Assembly: GCA_902785275.1 (NCBI GenBank)
Contig: CACZYB010000009.1
Location: forward strand, 1-34,003
Reading direction: 5' to 3'
DNA: 34,003 bases
Source: an uncultured Pseudomonadota bacterium
GTDB taxonomy: Bacteria; Pseudomonadota; Alphaproteobacteria; Rs-D84; CACZYB01
This document shows positions 1-9,056 of the stretch, piece by piece. Position numbers and translations under genes: made by a program. Position 1 is the stretch's first letter. Every line of letters begins with the position of its first letter. Below the pieces are notes generated by a model. The model was given only the letters and a program-made list of their open reading frames with translations. It was not told the DNA's origin and did not search any database.

Positions 1-68
1 GCCAAGATTTCTGCTCTTGCAACTGATGGCACAAGTAACAATGCAGCTATGATAAATTTTTTCATCAT
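1..68 (-). CDS. 5' end of a secreted/outer-membrane protein (runs off window)
   Basis: AAGGAG SD, then ATG ATG AAA...: MMKKFIIAALLLVPSVARA|EIL, a classic Sec signal peptide with an A-x-A site. Not in the ORF track. Confidence 0.7.
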   Translation of the reverse strand, partial: MMKKFIIAALLLVPSVARAEIL

Positions 69-368
69 TTCTCTCTCCTTTTCTATAAAGAATTAAGGGG
101 TTTGCGGGAGGGTGGATAAAAGTCATGAAAATTCTCCACCCATACAAAAAATCACCCTTTTTTGTATCTCGTTTTTTTAAGATAAATTTGTTGAAAAAAT
201 ATGTTGATTTTTCAATTATTTACTTGATTTTTTAGGAATATAGATAAATAATCAAAATAGTAAAGAAAAAAAGGTCCTTTTTTGTATATCACTCAAAATC
301 TTCAATAAATGGCTGTTTCCTGCGGGATACAGAATTTTTGTATTGCATAAAATTAGGCTTTTATGTAC

Positions 369-400
369 AAAAAAACACCCCACCAATTGGCGGGGAGTTT
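369..400 (-). terminator. Intrinsic terminator after rpsT
   Basis: Minus strand CCCCGCCA..TGGTGGGG hairpin followed by a T tract. Confidence 0.75.
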
Positions 401-424
401 CATCTTTAAAAGAATTGTCAGAAA

Positions 425-691
425 TTACTTTCCAGCATTCATTTTCTTTGCAAATTTTGACATAGTTCTTGCCATTTTATGTTTTGAAACAAGACCTTTT
501 TTAACACCTTTTGCAAGTTCACTGTTTGCTTTTGAAAGAGCAACTTTGATTTCAGCAGCATCTTTCTTTCCAGTAATCATTTCAGAAACTTTCTTTACAA
601 AAGTACGAATCTTTGACATGCGACTTTTGTTAGAAATTCTTTTCTTTTCGTTTCTAAGAATTCTTTTCTTTGCAGATTTATGATTAGCCAT
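425..691 (-). CDS. rpsT: 30S ribosomal protein S20
   Basis: MANHKSAKKRI..N..R.S.IRTFVKK..KG..HK..AR signature; AAAGGA SD. Confidence 0.97.
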   Translation of the reverse strand: MANHKSAKKRILRNEKKRISNKSRMSKIRTFVKKVSEMITGKKDAAEIKVALSKANSELAKGVKKGLVSKHKMARTMSKFAKKMNAGK

Positions 692-721
692 TTTTTAATC
701 CTTTCTAAAGTTGACCATATA

Positions 722-1348
722 CTATCGTTTAGAGAATTGGAAAGAACGACGAGCTTTTTTATGACCGTAGTGCTTTCTTTCAACAACTCTGGAATCACGA
801 GTTAAGAAGCCAGCTTGTTTAATAACAGATCTTAATTCTGGTTCTGCAAGAGCCAAAGCTTTACTGATACCATGTTTCAATGCACCAGCCTGACCAGAAA
901 GACCACCACCAACGATTGTTGCAACAACATCGTATGCACCTTCACGTTTTGCAACACCAAATGGTTGATTGATAACCATTTGAAGGATTGGACGACGGAA
1001 ATATGATTCATAATCTTTACCATTTACAGTAATTGAACCTTTACCAGCCTTTATCCAAACACGTGCGATAGATGTCTTTCTTTTACCAGTTGCGTAAACG
1101 CGACCTTGAGCATCTTTTACAGGTTTTTCTTTTTTAACTGTTTCTTTTTTAGCTTCTGTTTTTACAACTTTTAAACCTTCAGCAAGAGTTGCAGGTTTTG
1201 CCTCAGCAGTTTTTGTTGCACGAGGTTTTTTAACAGTTTCAACTTTTACTTCTGTCTTTGCAGTAGTCTTTTTAGCAGTTGTTTTTTTTGCAGGTGCCTT
1301 TTTAACAACTTCTTTTTCAGCTTCAACTTTTTCTACTTTTTCAACCAT
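722..1348 (-). CDS. rpsI: 30S ribosomal protein S9 with long Lys/Ala/Thr-rich N-terminal extension
   Basis: [35 protein letters not shown]-terminal QFSKR; start overlaps the rplM stop (TAATG). Confidence 0.98.
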   Translation of the reverse strand: MVEKVEKVEAEKEVVKKAPAKKTTAKKTTAKTEVKVETVKKPRATKTAEAKPATLAEGLKVVKTEAKKETVKKEKPVKDAQGRVYATGKRKTSIARVWIKAGKGSITVNGKDYESYFRRPILQMVINQPFGVAKREGAYDVVATIVGGGLSGQAGALKHGISKALALAEPELRSVIKQAGFLTRDSRVVERKHYGHKKARRSFQFSKR

Positions 1349-1821
1349 TATGCACCTCTTTTCTTGTTTTTAGAGTTCATATTTAACACATCAAGAACTT
1401 CTGGTTTTTGAGCAGCATGTGGATGTTCACTTCCTGCATAAACATGAAGTTTTTTCATTTGAGCACGACCAAGAGCATTTCTTGAAATCATTCTTTCAAC
1501 AGCCTTTATAACAAGACGTTCTGGATGACGACCACCAAGAATTGCACTCCAAAGTCTTTCTTTAATACCACCAATATATGCAGTATGCCAGAAGAATTTG
1601 TTTTGTTCTAATTTATTACCTGTGATACCAACCTTTTCAGCATTGATAACGATGATATGATCACCACAGTCAATGTTTGGTGAATATGTTGGTTTATGTT
1701 TACCACGAAGATATGTTGCAACGATAGCAGCCAAACGACCAAGAACAACGTCCTTTGCATCGATAACATACCATTTTGCCTGTATCTCAGATGGTTTTGC
1801 ACTATATGTTTTTTGAACCAT
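1348..1821 (-). CDS. rplM: 50S ribosomal protein L13
   Basis: [36 protein letters not shown]. Start moved to MVQKT (AAAGGT SD) rather than 1863. Confidence 0.98.
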   Translation of the reverse strand: MVQKTYSAKPSEIQAKWYVIDAKDVVLGRLAAIVATYLRGKHKPTYSPNIDCGDHIIVINAEKVGITGNKLEQNKFFWHTAYIGGIKERLWSAILGGRHPERLVIKAVERMISRNALGRAQMKKLHVYAGSEHPHAAQKPEVLDVLNMNSKNKKRGA

Positions 1822-1854
1822 TTTATTTACCTTTTTGTTTGTTAAACACATCTC

Positions 1855-1882
1855 ATAATACAATAAAATTTTTAAATGTCAA
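1855..1882 (-). promoter_or_regulatory. sigma70-like promoter of rplM-rpsI-rpsT
   Basis: TTGACA-N16-TATTAT on the minus strand. Confidence 0.6.
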
Positions 1883-1947
1883 GCAAATTAAGAGATTTTC
1901 TTGCGTTTTTATTGTATGGTAGTATAATACCATATATTTTTGCAATA

Positions 1948-1983
1948 AAAAAAATACCCCATCCAGAAAGATGAGGTACTTTT
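1948..1983 (-). terminator. Intrinsic terminator
   Basis: TACCTCATC-TTTCTG-GATGGGGTA followed by a T tract on the minus strand. Confidence 0.7.
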
Positions 1984-2000
1984 GATATTTTTAATTTTTA

Positions 2001-2345
2001 CTATTTATTGTTTTTCTTATATACATCATTTCTGATTTGTGTAAGAAGAACCAAAATTCGGTTTGATTGAGCAATGTATACACTAAACAAAAGACCGAAC
2101 ATACAAACAACAATAGCAAATAAATATGTCATACTTGCATCACCTCTTACAATGATAGGCGCAAAAAGAATAAATATAATAAAAGAATATAGCCATTGTT
2201 GAAATTTTATAAGTTTTGTTTTCGAAAGAGCAGAATCCAATTCTTTAAATTCTGTATTAAAATCCAACAAATTAGTATTATTTACCTTTTCAACCTTTTG
2301 TTTAGATTTTACAGCTTTAGATTTTGTTACTTTTTTATTTACCAT
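2001..2345 (-). CDS. Small hypothetical membrane protein (2 TM)
   Basis: GAAGGGG SD before MVNKK; basic N-terminus and two hydrophobic helices. Confidence 0.65.
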   Translation of the reverse strand: MVNKKVTKSKAVKSKQKVEKVNNTNLLDFNTEFKELDSALSKTKLIKFQQWLYSFIIFILFAPIIVRGDASMTYLFAIVVCMFGLLFSVYIAQSNRILVLLTQIRNDVYKKNNK

Positions 2346-2423
2346 GAGCTTTCCCCTTCTTATTAATTTCACACTAAAATCTTCTTTAGTATACACTAAA
2401 ATAGGAATTATAGCAACATATTT

Positions 2424-3887
2424 TTAAATATCTGATTTAGTAATTTTAAAAGCACGAATAGAATCAAAAAATAAAGTACTATTAAATTCCTCAACACATT
2501 CAATTCTGTCTTTAAATTTTTTGTAAAGATTTTCCCAATCACCATCAGGAGAAATAATCAAATCATCTTTTGTTAACTTCTCATCTGTATACCACTTTAC
2601 ATTTTGATTGATTAATTTTAAACAAAATATAATTTTATTAAAAATTCTTTCATTCCAATGCGATGGATTGAATATATATACATTTTTACTTTTATAAACT
2701 TCAAAATTAAAAGCCTTAGTTCTTTCAATTCTCTTTACATTAAAATTATAATTAGACTGAAAAAACATCGTATAATGATTAAACATATATATAAAAAATA
2801 AACAAATTATTAATTTAAAACTTTTTCTTTTTATATTCATCAAAAAATAAAATATTACAGGTACAAAAAAAACAAGCGATGGAATATAATAGTAAGAAAG
2901 ACCTAAATTCAGGATAAAATAGGCTATTGTATGAAAAAAGCTTGCATATAAAAAGGAATAATAAAGTATTAACTTTTTATCTATACTTATTTTTTCAGAA
3001 CAATAATAAATCATTTTAAACAAAACAAAAAATCCTAAAATTAAAGAAATTGTAATAAAAATCTCTTTATGTAAAAAGAAGTAAAAATTATTCAAATTAC
3101 CGAATTGCATTTCTTTATAAATTAAATAATGCTGACTGGAATTATAAGCAAAAATAAAATACAAACATAAAAATAAAATACAATTTGCAATAATAGCAAT
3201 ATTTAACAAATTGAAACATTTATTCTTTTTATTAAAAAGAAAATTTATTCCAGAAATTACACCCAAAGGTATAAATAGAACTTCTTTCATATACAATAAA
3301 TAAACAGATGAAATCAATGAAATAATAAAATACTTTGCTTTCTTTGTAAAATAATAACGTTGATAAGCAAAAATGAACAAAAATATAAATAACATCATTG
3401 TTAATTCAGCATATCTTAGACATCCTAAAACACCTAACATCATATCATTACAAAAACAAATTGCAAAACAAAACAAAAAAATCAGATTGTTTAACTTTAA
3501 TTTATTAAATTTACAAATATCCTTTAATATCAAAAACTCTAATAAAATAACTATCCATAATTTAACCACTTGATATGAAAAGAATAAATTATTTATTGAA
3601 GCTAAACTAGTATTATTATAAGGTATATGAAGCAATAGCAATATGTTATAATCAATAAATTGAAATGGTAAAAAACGAGAATACTCCCAAACTCTATTAG
3701 ATATACCTATATACTTTTTCTCGATAAAATAAGGAACCAAGAAATCAATTTCATCTTCATACAGAATGACACTGTTTAATATATATTTTGATAAAACTAC
3801 ACCAAATATTATTAAGCAAAAATAAATGATAAACTTAGATTTTTCCTTAAAAAACTTAAATGTCTTAAAAAACAAATCTTTGTTCAT
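2424..3887 (-). CDS. Polytopic membrane protein, possible GT-C-type glycosyltransferase / surface glycan modifier
   Basis: About 10-11 hydrophobic segments, acidic residues after TM1 (EDEID), RFLP..DYN loop, MKE motif, soluble C-terminal domain; extremely AT-rich. Confidence 0.45.
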   Translation of the reverse strand: MNKDLFFKTFKFFKEKSKFIIYFCLIIFGVVLSKYILNSVILYEDEIDFLVPYFIEKKYIGISNRVWEYSRFLPFQFIDYNILLLLHIPYNNTSLASINNLFFSYQVVKLWIVILLEFLILKDICKFNKLKLNNLIFLFCFAICFCNDMMLGVLGCLRYAELTMMLFIFLFIFAYQRYYFTKKAKYFIISLISSVYLLYMKEVLFIPLGVISGINFLFNKKNKCFNLLNIAIIANCILFLCLYFIFAYNSSQHYLIYKEMQFGNLNNFYFFLHKEIFITISLILGFFVLFKMIYYCSEKISIDKKLILYYSFLYASFFHTIAYFILNLGLSYYYIPSLVFFVPVIFYFLMNIKRKSFKLIICLFFIYMFNHYTMFFQSNYNFNVKRIERTKAFNFEVYKSKNVYIFNPSHWNERIFNKIIFCLKLINQNVKWYTDEKLTKDDLIISPDGDWENLYKKFKDRIECVEEFNSTLFFDSIRAFKITKSDI

Positions 3888-3899
3888 ATTTCAACAGCC

Positions 3900-4958
3900 T
3901 TACAATTCTGACAATCTTTGTAATTGATCTTCAGTAATAAGTTTATCAATAACTTCATCCAAAGCTTCACCACGCATTACATAATCAAGTTTATACAAAG
4001 TAAGGTTTACACGATGGTCGGTAACACGATTTTGTGGATAATTATATGTTCTTATCTTATCACTTCTATCACCTGTTCCAACCTGTGATTTACGAAGGCC
4101 AGCACGTTCGGAATCAATTTTTTCACGTTGAGCTTCATAAAGACGAGAACGAAGCATCTTCATTGCACGTTCCTTATTTTTAAATTGAGAACGTTCATCT
4201 TGACATTGTACAACTGTATTGGTTGGAATGTGAGTAATACGGATTGCAGAATCTGTTTTATTAACGTGCTGACCACCAGCACCACTTGCACGATAGGTAT
4301 CAATACGCAAATCTTTATCAAGAATTTCAATATCTATTTCTTCTGCTTCCGGCATAACAGCAACAGTTGCAGCAGAAGTATGAACACGCCCCTGAGATTC
4401 AGTTTCTGGAACACGTTGAACACGATGAGCACCAGATTCAAACTTAAGACGACCAAAAACACCCTTTCCTGTGATATTGGAAATAATTTCCTTAAAACCA
4501 CCAGCTTCGTTTTCATGATAACTTATAACTTCAAGCTTCCAACCTTTAAGTTCAGCATAACACTTATACATATTAAATAAGTCACCGGCAAAAATAGCAG
4601 CCTCATCACCACCAGTACCAGCACGAATTTCGAGAATAGCATTTTTATCATCAGCTTCATCTTTTGGAAGAAGAGCGATTTTAATTTGCTTTTCAATTTC
4701 TGGAAGTTTTGACTTGCAGTCATAAAATTCCACTTCGGCCATTTCTTTTAACGAATCATCCTTCATCATTTCTTCGGCCTGTCTCATATTATCTTCGGTT
4801 TTAAGATAGTCATCAATAAGGACAACAACTTCCTTTAAATCAGAATATTCTTTTGAAACTTTTGCCATATCTTTTGGATCATCAAATGTACCCATAAGTT
4901 GTTGCTCAAGCTCTTTATATTTATCTTTTATCTGCAATAATTTTTCATCAAAATTCAT
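3900..4958 (-). CDS. prfA: Peptide chain release factor 1
   Basis: GAGGQHVN (GGQ), VQRVPETE (RF1 PxT motif), [25 protein letters not shown]. Confidence 0.98.
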   Translation of the reverse strand: MNFDEKLLQIKDKYKELEQQLMGTFDDPKDMAKVSKEYSDLKEVVVLIDDYLKTEDNMRQAEEMMKDDSLKEMAEVEFYDCKSKLPEIEKQIKIALLPKDEADDKNAILEIRAGTGGDEAAIFAGDLFNMYKCYAELKGWKLEVISYHENEAGGFKEIISNITGKGVFGRLKFESGAHRVQRVPETESQGRVHTSAATVAVMPEAEEIDIEILDKDLRIDTYRASGAGGQHVNKTDSAIRITHIPTNTVVQCQDERSQFKNKERAMKMLRSRLYEAQREKIDSERAGLRKSQVGTGDRSDKIRTYNYPQNRVTDHRVNLTLYKLDYVMRGEALDEVIDKLITEDQLQRLSEL

Positions 4959-4985
4959 AATATTAACCTTTTTATATTAAACCTT

Positions 4986-6332
4986 TTATTTAATTATTTT
5001 TAATGCATCATTTATTGGCAAAGTTTGTTGATCACCGGTCTGCATATTCTTTAGTGAAACGGTATTATTTGCAACCTCATCTTCACCAATAATCACAGCA
5101 TATTTCGTACCAACTTTATTTGCATATTCCATCAATTTTTTAAACTTTTTATTTTCATAAATAACCGAAGCAGAAAGATTTGTTACTTTAGATATTTCGT
5201 TTTTCACATAAAATGCCATTGAGTAGCAATTTTCTCCTTGTGGAAGAATCAAAATATCAACAAGACTGTCTGATATTCCGGAAATTTTTCCATCTTCAAT
5301 CAACGGAACAAAAATACGAGAAAGTCCGATTGAACCACCAACACCGCAAATCTTTTTATCTGTATAGTTATCGCAAAGATGTTCGTAACGACCACCACTT
5401 GAAACAGAACCAAATTCTGGATAATTTTCAAGGAAAGTTTCGAAAACAGTTCCTGTATAATAATCAAGACCACGAACAATTGATAAATCCACAGTAAATC
5501 TTTCTTCTGATACAGATTTTAGGGATTTTATCACAATTTCAAGCTCACGAATACCTTGCCTCATTTTTTCATTATCTTTTATAAAAGCAAAATCCGCATG
5601 GTATTTTTCAGGAATTGAAATTCCAACATTTGGAATGAAATCAAGTTCAAATAACTCTGTAATTAACTTTTCAACTTGTGGATTTTGAACCCTTTCAGCA
5701 AGAGAAGAAGCAAAAACTTCTGGTGTTATTTTCGCCTTTTTATCAATAATATTCATTATTGAAGCCTTTTGTTCACCAGAAATATTTAATTGTTCAAAGA
5801 ATCCATCCCAAATCTTTCGGTTGGAAATTTTCATTTTAAAGTCACCAAGAGAACATAAAGTAGTTAAACTTTCGATAGTTTTTGCCAAAGTCGAAATAAC
5901 ATCAACATCATACATAACAGATAATTCATTTTCTGCAACAACATCGATATCAGCCTGATAAAACTCACGATAACGCCCCTTTTGAGCACGTTCACCACGG
6001 TAAACCTTTGCAATATGGTAACGTTTGAAAGGAAAAACTAAGTCTGCATAATGTTCAGAAACGTACCTTGCAAATGGAACAGTTAAATCGAAACGAAGGG
6101 ACAAATCATTATCCCCTTTTGTAAATCTGTAAACCTGTTTTTCGGTATCACCACCAGCCTTTGCAAACAACACTTCTGACTTTTCGATAACAGGAGTATC
6201 TATTGTAACATAACCAGCTTTTTTATAAGATGTCTCAACAATAGATTTTATGTTATCAAATATAATCTGTTGCTTAGGTAATAATTCAATAAAACCCGAT
6301 AAAACCTTTGTATTTATTTCTTTTTTTGACAT
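4986..6332 (-). CDS. hisS: Histidine--tRNA ligase
   Basis: LRFDLTVP, YRGERAQKGRYREFYQAD, VRGLDYYTG, GGRY, C-terminal anticodon-binding domain (IIGEDE). Confidence 0.97.
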   Translation of the reverse strand: MSKKEINTKVLSGFIELLPKQQIIFDNIKSIVETSYKKAGYVTIDTPVIEKSEVLFAKAGGDTEKQVYRFTKGDNDLSLRFDLTVPFARYVSEHYADLVFPFKRYHIAKVYRGERAQKGRYREFYQADIDVVAENELSVMYDVDVISTLAKTIESLTTLCSLGDFKMKISNRKIWDGFFEQLNISGEQKASIMNIIDKKAKITPEVFASSLAERVQNPQVEKLITELFELDFIPNVGISIPEKYHADFAFIKDNEKMRQGIRELEIVIKSLKSVSEERFTVDLSIVRGLDYYTGTVFETFLENYPEFGSVSSGGRYEHLCDNYTDKKICGVGGSIGLSRIFVPLIEDGKISGISDSLVDILILPQGENCYSMAFYVKNEISKVTNLSASVIYENKKFKKLMEYANKVGTKYAVIIGEDEVANNTVSLKNMQTGDQQTLPINDALKIIK

Positions 6333-7472
6333 TTATTCAATTACCCTATTTTTTACATACGCTGTACCATTTTTAAGCTTTTCAACATTCATTTCAATGT
6401 TATGACGGGAAACTTCTTTCTTTGAAAGAGGCGCAATTTTTTCACCATCAGCGTAAATTTCAATACCCAAAGCATTACCGATAGTTAGGTAATAATTTTC
6501 ACCCTGTGGAACATAGTAAGTATCACCATTATCCAAAATTGTTTCGAATACTGTGTTACCACTTCCAATATCACCTTGTTCACTATCGTATTTGTAAAAA
6601 CCATCTTTTTTAAGTTTTATCCAAACTTTCTTATTTGCCTTTACATAAATTTCAGAGTTTTCTTTATTTTCTAAACCATATTCCTTTGCAACATGTTCTT
6701 GGATTACAGGTTCTTCTGTTGCTACTTCTTCTGAATTTTTAGCTTCTACACCAGATTTAACTTCAGCAGGAGCAACTTTATTTTCAACAGGTTTTTCTTC
6801 AGATTTTGGAGTAACTACTGTATTATCAACAAAATTTACACCATCAATTTTTGTTTCAAAATATTCTGTTGGTGTACTGAAGTTCAAATTAATACTTGTT
6901 TCAGAAGGAGCCAATCCCTCTTCCACAACAGCTGTTTTATCCTCAGAAGAAATATTTGCGTTTTGCATAGAAATTTCAGTATTTTCAGTTTCCTGTGACT
7001 TTACAGAGATAGGTTGAGTTTCTGATTTCTTTGAACTTAGGAAAGATACAAATATTATTCCAAAAAATACAACAACACCTGCAATTATTATATGATTACT
7101 TGTTATCACAGGATCCTTTATCAAAGTATTTTCATCTTCGATAAAGTTTTGAGAATTTTGAGCAAAGACACCGGTTTCCTGTTTATACTGAATTATAACA
7201 TCATTTACATCAAGACCAAGATATGATGCATAAGATTTTATAAAACCGATAACGTACGCACTTCCAGGAAGATTATTAAATCTATTTTCTTCCAAATCAG
7301 ACAAATATTGAGATTTAATTCTTAAATAATCAGAAATTTCATCCACAGTTTTACCTGTTTCTAAACGTTTATTTTTAAGAATATCACCAATTGTTTCCTT
7401 TTTTGAAGGAAGTACTATTGTTTCTTTTTCTTTCTCAAGCTTTGCTTGTAATTCCTTTTCATTGTAAGCCAT
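6333..7472 (-). CDS. rodZ: RodZ-family cytoskeleton protein (HTH + TM + DUF4115-like domain)
   Basis: IGDILKNKR..LRIK..YL..LEE..LPG.AY..GFIKSYA.YLGLD HTH, one TM, C-terminal LTIGNALG; upstream of hisS as in other proteobacteria. Confidence 0.88.
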   Translation of the reverse strand: MAYNEKELQAKLEKEKETIVLPSKKETIGDILKNKRLETGKTVDEISDYLRIKSQYLSDLEENRFNNLPGSAYVIGFIKSYASYLGLDVNDVIIQYKQETGVFAQNSQNFIEDENTLIKDPVITSNHIIIAGVVVFFGIIFVSFLSSKKSETQPISVKSQETENTEISMQNANISSEDKTAVVEEGLAPSETSINLNFSTPTEYFETKIDGVNFVDNTVVTPKSEEKPVENKVAPAEVKSGVEAKNSEEVATEEPVIQEHVAKEYGLENKENSEIYVKANKKVWIKLKKDGFYKYDSEQGDIGSGNTVFETILDNGDTYYVPQGENYYLTIGNALGIEIYADGEKIAPLSKKEVSRHNIEMNVEKLKNGTAYVKNRVIE

Positions 7473-7566
7473 GTAAATTCCTCTTTTCTTTTAATTTACC
7501 TATCTTAGAAAACAGCCTACTATTATTTTTTTAAGGAATCAATATTTTTGTGAAAATTTAATCATT

Positions 7567-8568
7567 TTATTTGAATAATTTCTCTATAAATTCATAAACT
7601 TCACTTATATTTTCCGAATTATTAACAAAATTTCTAAATTCTGCCGAATTTCTTAATCCTTTTGAATACCACGCGATATGTTTTCTAGCATTTAACATAC
7701 CTGTTTTTTCACCATAATAATCAATCATTGCTGAAATATGCTTCAAAAGGATTTCCTTTCTTTCAGAAATAGGAACTTCAGGCAACCTTTCGCCAGTTTT
7801 CAAAAAATAGATTATGTGATACAAAAACCATGGAGTACCGTAAATTCCACGACCAACCATAACACCGTCGACACCGGTATATTCCAACATACGTTTTGCA
7901 TCATCTATGGTAAAGATATCACCATTTCCAATTACCGGAATTGAAACAGAAGATTTTACCTTCTTTATTGTATCCAAATCGACCGTTCCGGAATAAAGTT
8001 GGCTTCGTGTTCGACCATGGATAGCAAGCATAGAAGCACCAGAATCTTCAATCATTTGAGCAAATTCTGGAGCATTGATATTTTCTGCATTCCACCCAGT
8101 CCTTATTTTCACAGTAACAGGAACATTTACCGCAGAAACGACCTTTTTTATTATCTTAGAAGCAAGCTCAGGATTTCTTAACAAATCAGAACCACAGCCA
8201 TTTTTCACAATTTTATTTACCGGACACCCCATATTTATATCAATAATGTCCGCACCAAGTTCCTCATTTATTTTTGCACTTTCGGCCATAATATCAGGAT
8301 CATTACCAAAAATTTGAACGGAAGTTAGTGTGTTTGAACTGTATCTTTCGTAAAGCCTTTTTATTTTTGAATTACTTTTCTTCTTATTTAGTAAATAAAC
8401 CTGAGATGCAGATGGAACCATTTCAGAAACAGTCAAAGAAGTGGAAAATTCCTCGCCGCCAAAGCTTGATACTAAATTACGAAATGGCAAGTCTGTAATA
8501 CCAGCCTGTGGAGCGAGTATTACAGGATTTTTAATTTCCAAATTTTTAAGCTTAATAGATTTTAACAA
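7567..8568 (-). CDS. dusB: tRNA-dihydrouridine synthase DusB (NifR3-like)
   Basis: LAPQAGITDLPFR, IDINMGCP, VTVKIRTGW, IHGRT, VIGNGD, ARKH..WY. Likely TTG start at 8568 after a GAGG SD. Confidence 0.93.
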   Translation of the reverse strand: MLKSIKLKNLEIKNPVILAPQAGITDLPFRNLVSSFGGEEFSTSLTVSEMVPSASQVYLLNKKKSNSKIKRLYERYSSNTLTSVQIFGNDPDIMAESAKINEELGADIIDINMGCPVNKIVKNGCGSDLLRNPELASKIIKKVVSAVNVPVTVKIRTGWNAENINAPEFAQMIEDSGASMLAIHGRTRSQLYSGTVDLDTIKKVKSSVSIPVIGNGDIFTIDDAKRMLEYTGVDGVMVGRGIYGTPWFLYHIIYFLKTGERLPEVPISERKEILLKHISAMIDYYGEKTGMLNARKHIAWYSKGLRNSAEFRNFVNNSENISEVYEFIEKLFK

Positions 8569-8643
8569 ATTAACCTCTTGTTCTAAACTAAATAATATGA
8601 TACAATCATCATAAGTTATAAATGAGGTAAAAACAAATAAAAA

Positions 8644-8952
8644 ATGCAAACAGATAAATTTATAAAGTCTTTACTTATATTAATTTTTGTTGTTTTTCTA
8701 AGTATATTTGGAATAATTTGTATACTTAATTTGACTATTGGAGAATCAAGTATTTTCAAGTACTTCAAAAAGAAAAACGAAAGCATTACATTAGAGGAAA
8801 AATTAAATAAAAAAATAGAAGATAGAAAAAATTTATTGAATGAAGTAAACATACTTAAAAATTCAAATGTTATAAATTTAGATATTTTAGAAAAAGAAAC
8901 AATAAAAAAATTAAATAAAATTCCTGAGGGTTATAAAATTATTACAGAATAA
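8644..8952 (+). CDS. ftsB: Septum formation initiator, FtsB/DivIC family
   Basis: N-terminal TM, GESSI..Y, coiled coil, NLDILEKE..KKL..IPEG.KII tail; GAGG SD. Confidence 0.65.
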   Translation: MQTDKFIKSLLILIFVVFLSIFGIICILNLTIGESSIFKYFKKKNESITLEEKLNKKIEDRKNLLNEVNILKNSNVINLDILEKETIKKLNKIPEGYKIITE

Positions 8953-8957
8953 AGAAT

Positions 8958-8992
8958 AAAAAAAACTCTCCGAATCGTGGAGAGTTTTTTTT
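8958..8992. terminator. Bidirectional intrinsic terminator
   Basis: A-tract ACTCTCC-N7-GGAGAGT T-tract between convergent genes. Confidence 0.85.
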
Positions 8993-9056
8993 GAATTAAA
9001 ACACTTGTTTGAATTTTTTATAAAGACTACTTATTTTCTATAAAACAAACGTTTGA

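Noticed and set aside
111-119. DnaA-box-like TTATCCACC near an AT-rich tract (oriC?)
   Set aside because: Single 8/9 match that is part of a hairpin; no box cluster and no dnaA
8546-8575. CtrA-box-like TTAA repeats upstream of ftsB
   Set aside because: Spacing is N6, not N7, and TTAA is uninformative in such AT-rich DNA
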